Origin: a virus | Lineage: Duplodnaviria > Caudoviricetes | Virus record (IMG/VR): IMGVR_UViG_3300042545_000821 | Span: 1-64,000 of that record | Length of the DNA stretch: 64,000 nucleotides | Strand: one strand, 5' to 3' | Shown: piece after piece, positions 55,919-64,000 of the stretch | Layout: each line of letters opens with the position of its first letter | Numbering within the stretch: the stretch's first letter is position 1 | Notes under the pieces: generated by a model | What the model was told of the DNA's origin: nothing | Seen by the model: the letters and a program-made list of their open reading frames with translations, nothing else | Database searches by the model: none | Translations under genes and position numbers: made by a program

Positions 55919-56631
55919 AGTATATCTCTTTTCGTTTTATCTATTACTCCTAATTTTAATGTTTTTACTTCGTGAGAGCCTTGAGATTCTTTTTTCTCAT
56001 TTACAGCATCTCTATACCAGTCTGTCCATTTTCCAGACGAGTTTATTTCTTGTGCGGCAGATCCATAGGACATGTTTGCATTTAGTCTTTTTCTATCTGG
56101 ATCTTGGTACTCAACAATCTCAATATTTGTCCCATTTAAATTTGACAAAGATATGGGAATAATTGTGGCAACCGGAGTTCCCGCTTTAATAATTACCCGC
56201 TTATTGGCAACCTTTGCCTTAATAGCTAAGGGCAAAGGGTTGTCATAAAAAGAGGTACTAATTAAAGACGACATTGTCTCAAATTCGTCACTAAAGTAAT
56301 TTACTGGGTTAATGGTAAAAATACTAACATCCTGATCTGTTCTAAAAACTAACCCGGTATTTAGGCTTATAGAGGACTGACCCCTTCCAGAGTAGGCCCC
56401 TTCTGGACTAAATACTTGTACACGATCTGGGGTTTGGTCATTTACCCCATCCCAAATAAACTCAATATCTTGTAGACAAGACAGGCTCCAGCCAATCACA
56501 TTTGATTGGGTTACTGGAAAACACCTATAGGCATGGTTCTCTGATGTTGCATCCATCCAATCTCTTTTAATCGACATAGGTTGAATGTCAAACAAAGCTC
56601 CTTGTGTCTTCTCAACTGAGATATTAAACAT
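55915..56631 (-). CDS. DUF6065-like protein
   Basis: RDWMD...HAYRCFPVTQSNVIGW...GTPVATIIP. Confidence 0.65.
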   Translation of the reverse strand: MFNISVEKTQGALFDIQPMSIKRDWMDATSENHAYRCFPVTQSNVIGWSLSCLQDIEFIWDGVNDQTPDRVQVFSPEGAYSGRGQSSISLNTGLVFRTDQDVSIFTINPVNYFSDEFETMSSLISTSFYDNPLPLAIKAKVANKRVIIKAGTPVATIIPISLSNLNGTNIEIVEYQDPDRKRLNANMSYGSAAQEINSSGKWTDWYRDAVNEKKESQGSHEVKTLKLGVIDKTKRDIL

Positions 56632-57287
56632 TAATCTGCGTCTGCGCTATACATTTCTGGAGTATGAAACTTTTTGCTGTAATCTAACATTGTAACAATA
56701 GAGTATTTAGTTCCAGAAGTTACCGGTAGCGCTTGATGTGGGTACATAAAATTTGATGGAAAAATAAACAGGTCCCCAGCATCAGGCTTAACCTTTAAGT
56801 TTTGTAGTCTAAAGAAAAGCTCTCCACCCTCATAATCATCGTTTGGATACCCAACTAAAGAGACCGTACAGTTATAGGAAAAGCCATGGTCGTGATGTTC
56901 CATAAAGTGCTGTCCTGGACCATACTTAATGAAGTTAAATGCTTCCCAGTACTTTAGGTTGTTAATGTTATACATCCTTGAGTAGTCTTCAACTGCTGGC
57001 AGCTTTACGTCATAAAGATCTTGCCAAAGTGATTGAAGGTTTTGACTAACCTGGCTTTTATCATTTTCAAGATCAGTTTTCTTAAATTTAAAGTCGTTGC
57101 AATCTCTGTACTCTGGCATAAGCTGCTTATACCCAACATATGCAGGTTGCCAAGCGTACCCAGTAGTATCCCCTTCTGGCTTAAGGTTTGCTTCAATTCG
57201 GCCCATAACATCAATGTCTTTATTGATTACGCCCTTATAGCAAAAAATGCCGCTGCCTAAATCAACTTTTTCTGTCCATGTCTGCAT
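56631..57287 (-). CDS. 2OG-Fe(II) oxygenase (P4H-like)
   Basis: HHD, YPNDDYEGGELFF, FPSNFMYPHQA, KYS. Confidence 0.9.
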   Translation of the reverse strand: MQTWTEKVDLGSGIFCYKGVINKDIDVMGRIEANLKPEGDTTGYAWQPAYVGYKQLMPEYRDCNDFKFKKTDLENDKSQVSQNLQSLWQDLYDVKLPAVEDYSRMYNINNLKYWEAFNFIKYGPGQHFMEHHDHGFSYNCTVSLVGYPNDDYEGGELFFRLQNLKVKPDAGDLFIFPSNFMYPHQALPVTSGTKYSIVTMLDYSKKFHTPEMYSADAD

Positions 57288-57296
57288 TACATTCTC

Positions 57297-58064
57297 CTAT
57301 TTGTATTCTCGTCTTGACCAAACACTATTTTGGTATACCCCGCCATCAGGCTGGCGATAAAACTGCATGTTATTAACTAGTTTATCATACATAGTAGATT
57401 GATCTGGGATCTCTATTTTATGTTCCCAGTTTTCTCTTTTAAACGGAAGAACCTGCATATACGGGGTTCCTTCCGGTAAGGTGCCTTCCCAGCCTTCTGG
57501 AAGAAAAAATGGAAAAGTTCCAAGTAAGTGAAGTTTATCTGAGTCCACAACGCCAGTAGTATTTAAAAATGGTAAGTCAAACCTATTCATTGGTGTCATA
57601 AACAGTGCACTATACCCTTCTGGAAGCTCTAATCCCCAAGGAGAACTCCAGGCAAAGTGGGTTTGATAATATCCTTTTGGGTGTTCAAACTGTGGCATTG
57701 GGGGCCTTTGTGTACAAAAATCTTGGTACTTAGGGTTATCAATTTTTACATCTATGACTCCCTGATCATTTTTATAAAAAACTAGGTCGCATGGTGTTTT
57801 AAAAATGTACCCGGTTGTAAAGGCATCCATAATAGCGGGGCACGCTTTCCATGTCGGAATCTTTCCATAATCATCAGTTGTGCCCTCTTTAGGAAACGGA
57901 CAAACTTCTTTTGGCGCTTTGTAGTATTCCCCGTTTGGCATCTTTGCAAATCTGTCTGCATCTTTATACCAGGCAGGAATTTGTGTTTGTGTTGGTACGG
58001 GAACAGAGATATGCTTTTTATCTATCCACGGCCTAAATGATCTAAATATGGCTACTAAAGACAT
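57297..58064 (-). CDS. DUF6065-related protein
   Basis: PAWYK...TWKACPAIMDAFTTGY...PEGYSALF..P.NR...GVVDSD...GTPYMQVLPFKRE. Confidence 0.6.
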   Translation of the reverse strand: MSLVAIFRSFRPWIDKKHISVPVPTQTQIPAWYKDADRFAKMPNGEYYKAPKEVCPFPKEGTTDDYGKIPTWKACPAIMDAFTTGYIFKTPCDLVFYKNDQGVIDVKIDNPKYQDFCTQRPPMPQFEHPKGYYQTHFAWSSPWGLELPEGYSALFMTPMNRFDLPFLNTTGVVDSDKLHLLGTFPFFLPEGWEGTLPEGTPYMQVLPFKRENWEHKIEIPDQSTMYDKLVNNMQFYRQPDGGVYQNSVWSRREYK

Positions 58065-58771
58065 TACTTGTGCCCCAATTCATTGATATCTGTCATAACA
58101 ACCACGCAATATTTTGTCCCTGAAACCATTGGCAGGGATGCATGCTCATAGATATAGTTTGATGGGAACACCGCGATGTCCCCTACTTTTGGTTTATAAA
58201 CTAGATTATCAAGTCTTGGGAACTTAAGGTCTCCACCCTCATAATCATCGTTAATATAAATAACCGCAGATACTGTGCAGTTGTATGCAGGGCCGTGGTC
58301 TGCGTGAATGTTGAAGTGAGTCCCTGCCCCCTCATACTTTACAAAGTTAAAAGCTTCGTAATATACGACGTTAATGCCCCAATACCTAGCATAGTCGTCT
58401 ATACAGTACTTAAGCTTTTGGTATATCTCCTCATGCAAGTCTATAAGTTCAGCGTTTGACTCATCTTTTGGCCCAAGGTTTTCCTGCTTATACTTAAAAT
58501 CTACACAGTCTCTTGCCCGCTTAACTGGGACATCAGACTGCGTAACTTGCGCCTCTGACCACTTGTATTTGTTGCCTGGTGATAGGTTGGATTCAAGAGT
58601 GTTAATGTATCTTGCAGCATCTTCACTGGAAAAAGTGTTTTGGTAAACGTGTAGTCCCAAACCTAAATTTTTAACACTTACTTTATCGTCTAGAGCTCTT
58701 TCAGGAACTCTATTTGATGCAGTCTCTGACCTATCTTTTGTAAACCAGATGTTTTCATTTTCATTGTGCAT
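58064..58771 (-). CDS. 2OG-Fe(II) oxygenase (P4H-like)
   Basis: HAD, YINDDYEGGDLKFP, FPSNYIYEHAS, KYC. Confidence 0.9.
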   Translation of the reverse strand: MHNENENIWFTKDRSETASNRVPERALDDKVSVKNLGLGLHVYQNTFSSEDAARYINTLESNLSPGNKYKWSEAQVTQSDVPVKRARDCVDFKYKQENLGPKDESNAELIDLHEEIYQKLKYCIDDYARYWGINVVYYEAFNFVKYEGAGTHFNIHADHGPAYNCTVSAVIYINDDYEGGDLKFPRLDNLVYKPKVGDIAVFPSNYIYEHASLPMVSGTKYCVVVMTDINELGHK

Positions 58772-58789
58772 TTTTTGCCCTCCTATAAT

Positions 58790-59035
58790 CTAATTAAGTG
58801 GCTGTCTTTTCCATTTTCCAATAGGACACTCTGCATCCGCAAGCGTTGTTTTTAACGGCATAATGCATCCGCATAGCTTACAGCTTTTTGTAACCTTAAT
58901 AAGGTTTTCACAAGACATGCATTCATCAAGTCTTTTTTTAATAATTTCCTGGTCATCAATTCTTTTGCCAGAATCAATTAAGTGCCAAGGCCTTGAGTCT
59001 CCAAGAGCCTCTTTCCATTCACTCCATTTAGACAT
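58790..59035 (-). CDS. Six-Cys small protein (DUF6171-like), paralog of 47922-48164
   Basis: RLDECMSC...CKLCGCIMPLKTTLADAECPIGKW. Confidence 0.75.
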   Translation of the reverse strand: MSKWSEWKEALGDSRPWHLIDSGKRIDDQEIIKKRLDECMSCENLIKVTKSCKLCGCIMPLKTTLADAECPIGKWKRQPLN

Positions 59036-59038
59036 AGG

Positions 59039-59470
59039 TTACTCTGGAGACGTAAAGGTTGTGCCGTCCCAGATAGAGCCACGATTAACTGTTTGGCCTT
59101 CTGGTACCTTAATGACAATAACTTCTTGAGCAAAAGCAGCGGCGTTCATTAAATCTGTGTGACCACCTTTTGGAGATACCGTAGTTAAGAACACGGTGTT
59201 GTCCACTAGGAAAGAGTATCTTCCCCAATCAGGGGTATCGTTGAACCTTTCAGGTATTTCTCCTCCCGTAAAAGATTCACCGTCCCAAACTGATCCAGGA
59301 TAGACATTTGGGATATCTGTTGTAACCAGTGTTGTTATTGGCAGGCCGCTATTTAGCGCATTATCAATTCGCTGAATTAAAATGTCTGCTTGAGGGCTCT
59401 CAAGGTGTAGCATATTAAAAACTTCGTAAGAGTTTTCAGATACTTTTGTTGCATACGCATACGTACTCAT
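59039..59470 (-). CDS. Two-repeat fibre-associated protein (GSxWDGxxFT repeats)
   Basis: GSVWDGESFT and GSIWDGTTFT end the two halves; AAGGAG RBS and TGGTATATT extended -10 upstream. Confidence 0.65.
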   Translation of the reverse strand: MSTYAYATKVSENSYEVFNMLHLESPQADILIQRIDNALNSGLPITTLVTTDIPNVYPGSVWDGESFTGGEIPERFNDTPDWGRYSFLVDNTVFLTTVSPKGGHTDLMNAAAFAQEVIVIKVPEGQTVNRGSIWDGTTFTSPE

Positions 59471-59511
59471 TAAGTTCTCCTTTTGTAATTACTTAATAAA
59501 TATACCATATC

Positions 59512-60450
59512 TTAGTAAGCGCACTGACAACCGCACCCTGCGCCAAAGTCATACGCACAGAAGTAGCAAGCTGATCCACAGCCACCAAAGGATGGGAAGC
59601 TAGGTGGGAAGAAAGGAGGGAAGAACGGAGGGAAGAACGGGAAGAACGGTGGAAAGAATGGTGGAAAGAACGGGAAGAATGGGAAGAATGGCGGGAAAAA
59701 TGGTGGGAAGAAGGGAAAGAATGGCGGGAAAAATGGTGGGAAGAAAGGAAAGAATGGAAAGAATGGTGGGAAGAAAGGAGGAAAGAATGGGAAAAATGGT
59801 GGAAAGAATGGTGGGAAGAAAGGAAAAAACGGTGGGAAGAATGGCGGGAAGAATGGGGATAACGTAGTAATAGAGCCAGACGCAGCAGAAGCAACACTTG
59901 TTCCATTAGCGTTAGTTGCGGTGACTGTGTATGTCTGTGACGTTCCACCAGTATCAGCGATAGTAATTGGGGAAGTCGCACCTGTTCCAGTAGTGGCATC
60001 GGAGCCTGTTACGGTAAAGCCAGTAATTGCGCTACCACCAGTTGCTGGTGCTGTAAAAGCAATAGAGTTTTGATTAACTCCAGCAGTTGGGGTTGGGGCA
60101 GACATAGTTGCAGGAACTGTTGTTGCGGTAATAGAAGATGATGCTGCAGATGCCTGAGAGGTTCCCGCAGCGTTAGTAGCTGTTACAGTAAATGTGTAGG
60201 CTGTGTCAGACTGAAGTCCAGCTACCGTAATTGGGGAAGATGATCCAGTTCCAGTATATCCGCCAGGCGATGAGGTTACAGTAAACGATGTAGCAGCAGG
60301 GGACAGCGCAGGCAAAGAAAATGTAACTGTAGCTGCGCCATTGTTAAACGCTCTTCCTGTTCCAACATTTGTAGCAGATACGCTTGTTGGAGCTAATGGC
60401 TCTAAAAAGTCATTTGAAGCCTGTGACTTTTTTCCAACTCTTTTACCCAT
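59512..60450 (-). CDS. FN3-domain protein with Pro/Phe repeat and Cys-rich C-terminus
   Basis: Two FN3-like domains (GLQSDTAYTFTVTATNAAGTS; TYTVTATNANGTS), 90-aa (P)PFF tract, GGCGSACYFCAYDFGAGCGCQCAY; AGGAG RBS. Confidence 0.85.
   Translation of the reverse strand: MGKRVGKKSQASNDFLEPLAPTSVSATNVGTGRAFNNGAATVTFSLPALSPAATSFTVTSSPGGYTGTGSSSPITVAGLQSDTAYTFTVTATNAAGTSQASAASSSITATTVPATMSAPTPTAGVNQNSIAFTAPATGGSAITGFTVTGSDATTGTGATSPITIADTGGTSQTYTVTATNANGTSVASAASGSITTLSPFFPPFFPPFFPFFPPFFPPFFPFFPPFFPPFFPFFPFFPPFFPPFFPFFPPFFPPFFPFFPFFPPFFPPFFPFFPPFFPPFFPPSFPSFGGCGSACYFCAYDFGAGCGCQCAY
59587..59856 (-). repeat. Coding tandem repeat of 9/12-nt units encoding PFF/PPFF
   Basis: 23 (P)PFF units plus PPSFPSF; synonymous codon variation between units. 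Confidence 0.95.
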
Positions 60451-60471
60451 TTAATTCTCCTGTATATTTTC

Positions 60472-62121
60472 TTAAGCTGTCAAGTCGCCGAAGACAACCC
60501 AGGTATTTTCTGCTCTTTTGAAAAGGGTGCATGAAGACCATTGGGTTCTCAGTTTTAATCCTGGTGTTGCGTTTACTGTTACTCCAGCAGCTCCAGCGAT
60601 TGTTACCTGCCCTGTAGAAGTTTGAAGAATATCAATTGATGTTCCTACTGGGAAGGCTACTGCCGAGTTTAAAGGTATTGTGAGCGTCATGGCGGATGAT
60701 GAAGCCATTTCAATTAAATCATCTCTTTCAGTCAATGCTGAAAGTGTGTAAGAGGCTGTCTTTTGAATAATAGGGGTACGTGATGGGACGCCTTCAAGGG
60801 CCTGTGTTCCATCTGAAAAGACAATTCCTGCAGCAGGAAGAGTTACAGTGCCAGTAAATGTGGGAGAAGCAAGCGGGGCTTTTAATCCAAGATTAGTTGT
60901 TACTGTTGATGCAAAGTTTGCATCGTCACCAAGTGCTGCTGCAAGCTCGTCAAGTGTGTTTAAAGCTGCTGGTGCTCCTGAAAGCAATGCATTTACTTGT
61001 GATGTTGCGTCTGCAATTGCTTCTGATTTAGCAGTTGCAATTGCTGAAGCCTGCGCTGTTGATACCGGCTTTGCTGAATCTGCTGTGTCGTCAACGTTTC
61101 CAAGACCAACCATAGACTTGGTAATGCCAGAAACGGTTCCTGTAAATGTAGGGCCTGAAAGGTTGGCTTTTAAATCAAGAGCGGTCTGTTGCGCTGTTGA
61201 TACCGGCTTACTTGCGTCTGCTGTGTTATCTACGTTACCTAGCCCTACGTGAGATTTAGTTACGCCTGAGACTGTTCCTGTGAAAGTTGGGTTAGCCAAG
61301 GGTGCATATGTAGAAGCCGCTGTTGCAGAGGCAAGTTTTAAATCAAGTGCTGTTTGTGTTGCTGTGGAAATTGGCTTGTTAGCATCTGTTGTATTATCTA
61401 CACTGCCTAGGCCTACATCTGATTTAACTAGTCCAGATGGAGTGGTAATTGTTTTATTTGTAAGGGTCTGAGTTCCAGTAGTTGTTACAAGAAGGCTAGT
61501 GTCTGTAATTCCATGAACATTTAATGTATCTGCTTCGTGAGTACCCAGTGACGTAGAGACTGCGTTAGAGGCTGCTGTATCAGCGTATGCTTTAGTTGCA
61601 AGTTCTGCTGTATCTGCAATCCCATGTACGGCCGTTGTGTCTGAGCTATGTGTGCTTACAGCCGTGTCTGCGTATGACTTTGTTGCAAGATCGGCGGTAT
61701 CGGCTATTCCATGAACAGAGGTTGTATCTGAGCTATGTGTTCCTATCGCATTTGTTGCATATTCTTGAGTAGCAATTGTTCCTGTTGAATCTGGAAGAGT
61801 TAATGTTCTGTCTGCTGTAGGGTCTGCTACTGCAAAGGTAGTCTCAAAAGCATTTGCAGTTGTGCCCTCAAATACAAGGCTGGCACCAGTGTCAAGAGAT
61901 ACTGTGCCAGTAAAAGTCGGGGAAGCAATTGGTGCGTAAAGGCTGGCTGCAGCTGCTGGAGTTAGGGTGATATAAGGTAGCGAAGCCCAAACTGTAAGTC
62001 CGTCTCCAACTTTAAGTTTCTTAGTGTCAGTCTCTACACCAACTTCACCTTCAAGAAGAATTGGGTTTGAGGCGGTCCACTCAGCCGCAGTTCCCCTGCG
62101 TAGTAGAATATTAACTGCCAT
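60472..62121 (-). CDS. Tail fibre protein
   Basis: Mtd_N-like N-terminus (LRRGTAAEW..NPIL..GE.G.ETDT...K.GDG), HGIADT and VGLGNVDNT..KP.STA repeats, LNTLDELAAALGDDANFA. Confidence 0.85.
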   Translation of the reverse strand: MAVNILLRRGTAAEWTASNPILLEGEVGVETDTKKLKVGDGLTVWASLPYITLTPAAAASLYAPIASPTFTGTVSLDTGASLVFEGTTANAFETTFAVADPTADRTLTLPDSTGTIATQEYATNAIGTHSSDTTSVHGIADTADLATKSYADTAVSTHSSDTTAVHGIADTAELATKAYADTAASNAVSTSLGTHEADTLNVHGITDTSLLVTTTGTQTLTNKTITTPSGLVKSDVGLGSVDNTTDANKPISTATQTALDLKLASATAASTYAPLANPTFTGTVSGVTKSHVGLGNVDNTADASKPVSTAQQTALDLKANLSGPTFTGTVSGITKSMVGLGNVDDTADSAKPVSTAQASAIATAKSEAIADATSQVNALLSGAPAALNTLDELAAALGDDANFASTVTTNLGLKAPLASPTFTGTVTLPAAGIVFSDGTQALEGVPSRTPIIQKTASYTLSALTERDDLIEMASSSAMTLTIPLNSAVAFPVGTSIDILQTSTGQVTIAGAAGVTVNATPGLKLRTQWSSCTLFKRAENTWVVFGDLTA

Positions 62122-62405
62122 TACGAAACTCCTCCGTCATAAGACCCTGTGTAAGACCCTGCAAATGTGGATGATGAGACTCCGCCGTCTACATTTGGAG
62201 TTCCACCGTAGAAAGAGGCTGGTCTTCCACCATCTACGTTAAGTTGACCAGAGCCACCAGTACCGACAATGTCAATCCAAAGTGTGCCATCGTATATTCT
62301 TAATTTTAATGTTGTAGTATCAAAGTATAAGTCACCCGCCCGTTGGCCAACAGGCTCGCTGCTTTTAGCCAGTACGTTTAGAGGTACTAGTGCTTTTGTA
62401 CTCAT
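62121..62405 (-). CDS. Small tail-fibre-associated protein
   Basis: GDLYFDTT...IYDGTLW, DGG repeats. Confidence 0.65.
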   Translation of the reverse strand: MSTKALVPLNVLAKSSEPVGQRAGDLYFDTTTLKLRIYDGTLWIDIVGTGGSGQLNVDGGRPASFYGGTPNVDGGVSSSTFAGSYTGSYDGGVS

Positions 62406-62410
62406 TTATA

Positions 62411-63775
62411 TTATCCGATTACCACTACTCTGTAGGCATTAGATGTCGGTGCGGACGCAAAACCAAGTGTTACAGTGGATGTTGACGCACGTATGTTATC
62501 TACAATAACTTCTTCTCCCGTGGCCACTTCATAAACTTGAACGTGAACGTCTAGTGTTCCTAGGTTGTGAGTTACTGTATACGAGGTAGCTGATGTAGAG
62601 AGTGTTGTTGAATACTTTCTAGCTACTACTGTTGCATCAACAGAGATGGTATTGGTTCCAACAACGATACCGTTGCCGGCACCAATTGCAAAACCGTTAG
62701 CGTCTGTAGCGGCACCAGAGTTAGTAGCAAGCTTGATAGATCCGCCACCCGCAGCTGTCTGCAAACCACCTGTGGAAAGTGGGGCAAATGTGAAGTTAGT
62801 TCCTGTAAGAAGAACGCCGTTAGAGGCTGTGTATGTTCCAGCACCTGAGAACTGTGCAAAAGTAAGGGCAGTAGTTCCTAGTGTAATAGGGTTGTCAGTT
62901 GTTAATACCCAGCCGCTATTTCCGTTTATAGTTCCTTGTTCTACAAATGTAAACATTCCCGAAGTAACGTCTGCATTAGAGTTTGCGTCCAAAGCACGGT
63001 CTGGAGCTCCAGAGGCCTTAACTACGTAAATACCGTTTTCAGAACCATCTGCCTGATGCTTAACAAGAATGCGGTCACCAGTAGCAAGAGTTACTCCATC
63101 AAGAGTATCTCCATTCTCAAGGTCTGTAGCTAAAGTTACTGCGGCAGTAGTTGCTGCACGAACAGAGGCTTTGACATCAAGGCCTTGTGCAACAGAGTCT
63201 ACATAGTTTTTAGTTGCAGCATCCTGTGCGCTTACTGGGTCTGCTACGTTTGTGATTAGCTGGCTGTTCATTGAGAACGAGCTGGTTGGTGCTGTTAAAT
63301 CTGTTACCTTATTTGTAGTAAGGATTACTGTTCCGCTAGCATCGGGGAGAGTGATTGCGCGGTCAGCGGTTGGGTCAGTTGCAGTAAGTGTGGTTTCGTT
63401 ACCGTCTGCTGTAGAGCCTTCAAATACGATTGTGGAGTCTAGCGAAACCGTACCTGTAAAGGTCGGGTTAGCAAGAGGGGCCTTTAGGTCAAGTTGACCT
63501 TGAATACCTGAGGTAACTCCGTCAACGTAGTTAAGCTCTGTGGTAGTAAGCGTTGCTCCGTCAAGAATGTTGATTTCTGCAGCATCTGCAGTTACGCCAT
63601 TGAGTCCAACAGCTTCCCAGATCGTGCCATTATAAACACGCATTTCATTAGAAGCAGTGTTGTAGTAAATCTGACCTGTTACAGGGCTCGCCGGGTCAGT
63701 GGCTAAGTTTTGAATACGGGCATTTTGTAATTCTAATTTGCCTAAATCAATTGGGGTTAAAAATTTACGTGCCAT
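62411..63775 (-). CDS. Tail fibre/structural protein
   Basis: GQIYYNT, QDAATKNYVD, GDRILVKHQ...ENGIY, THNLGT.DV.VQVY. Confidence 0.8.
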   Translation of the reverse strand: MARKFLTPIDLGKLELQNARIQNLATDPASPVTGQIYYNTASNEMRVYNGTIWEAVGLNGVTADAAEINILDGATLTTTELNYVDGVTSGIQGQLDLKAPLANPTFTGTVSLDSTIVFEGSTADGNETTLTATDPTADRAITLPDASGTVILTTNKVTDLTAPTSSFSMNSQLITNVADPVSAQDAATKNYVDSVAQGLDVKASVRAATTAAVTLATDLENGDTLDGVTLATGDRILVKHQADGSENGIYVVKASGAPDRALDANSNADVTSGMFTFVEQGTINGNSGWVLTTDNPITLGTTALTFAQFSGAGTYTASNGVLLTGTNFTFAPLSTGGLQTAAGGGSIKLATNSGAATDANGFAIGAGNGIVVGTNTISVDATVVARKYSTTLSTSATSYTVTHNLGTLDVHVQVYEVATGEEVIVDNIRASTSTVTLGFASAPTSNAYRVVVIG

Positions 63776-63786
63776 TTACTATCTCC

Positions 63787-63993
63787 TTATGATAGGTAAG
63801 CTTTTCCGCTAAAGCCAGACCTAAACGTTAGCAGTACTGTAGTAGGGGTTGGATAAGAAATCTCTCCTTCAACAACACTACCCCCAGAGTCTACTACGGT
63901 AACATTTGGGTGAAAGGTTAAATTGTGAGAGATGGTCCAAGTATCGGAGGGGGTATTTTGGGCATAAACGAATCCCAGTTGCGGTACGCCCAT
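63787..63993 (-). CDS. Small virion protein (possibly 5'-truncated by window edge)
   Basis: WTISHNL..HPNVTVVD...SGKAYL; frame stays open to the window end. Confidence 0.6.
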   Translation of the reverse strand: MGVPQLGFVYAQNTPSDTWTISHNLTFHPNVTVVDSGGSVVEGEISYPTPTTVLLTFRSGFSGKAYLS

Positions 63994-64000
63994 ACTAAGG

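Noticed and set aside
56821-58252. 23-nt direct repeat TCTCCACCCTCATAATCATCGTT in two oxygenase genes
   Set aside because: Explained by the shared NDDYEGG(E/D) motif of paralogs; no need to invoke a mobile or regulatory element
59587-59856. GA-rich tandem repeat as CRISPR array or non-coding satellite
   Set aside because: No unique spacers; units are 9/12 nt, in frame with an RBS-led FN3 gene, and vary at synonymous positions
59493-59999. Alternative-frame ORFs over the repeat (168 aa S/H/F-rich on minus; 87 aa on plus)
   Set aside because: Shadows of the PFF repeat; third-position variation fits only the PFF frame
51188-60450. Conventional secreted RiPP/bacteriocin cluster
   Set aside because: No transporter, peptidase or immunity gene; the putative precursor is a 312-aa FN3 protein within fibre genes, so a virion-protein model is preferred
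60472-62121. Diversity-generating retroelement target (Mtd-like N-terminus)
   Set aside because: No reverse transcriptase or TR/VR pair seen in the window; the Mtd_N-like domain is a common fibre attachment module
1-64000. tRNA, rRNA, integrase, intron or intein
   Set aside because: Intergenic gaps are short and showed no cloverleaf by eye; nrdJ, polA, recA and dnaB are normal length and uninterrupted. tRNAscan/Infernal were not run

Overview
A 64-kb internal segment of a large contractile-tailed (myovirus-type) dsDNA phage genome, with essentially all genes on the minus strand. Two WhiB genes, an actinophage-type holin and leaderless sigma-A-type promoters point to an actinobacterial host; the moderate GC content fits a low-GC freshwater lineage (inference). 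Reading in the direction of transcription (right to left): tail-fibre genes; an FN3 protein carrying a 90-aa Pro/Phe-only repeat and a Cys-rich tip; an ~8-kb accessory island (seven P4H-like 2OG-Fe(II) oxygenases, two DUF6065-like proteins, a divergent glutathione peroxidase, an SDR); a 36-Cys fibre protein; neck, sheath, tube, chaperone, tape measure and baseplate genes; a replication/recombination block (initiator, DnaC-like loader, DnaB, primase, SNF2 helicase, PolA, RecA, resolvases, Cas4-like nuclease); SpoVS, a metallophosphoesterase, a holin, thioredoxin and many small basic proteins; a nucleotidyltransferase/HAD-like/TGT-like triad; and a class II ribonucleotide reductase running off the left edge. 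The top candidate for a new system is a phage-encoded post-translational tailoring cluster acting on a (P)PFF-repeat/Cys-rich virion fibre, built on a three-gene module that occurs twice. No capsid, portal, terminase, integrase, tRNA or CRISPR array was seen. All family calls come from motif recognition by eye, not database searches.
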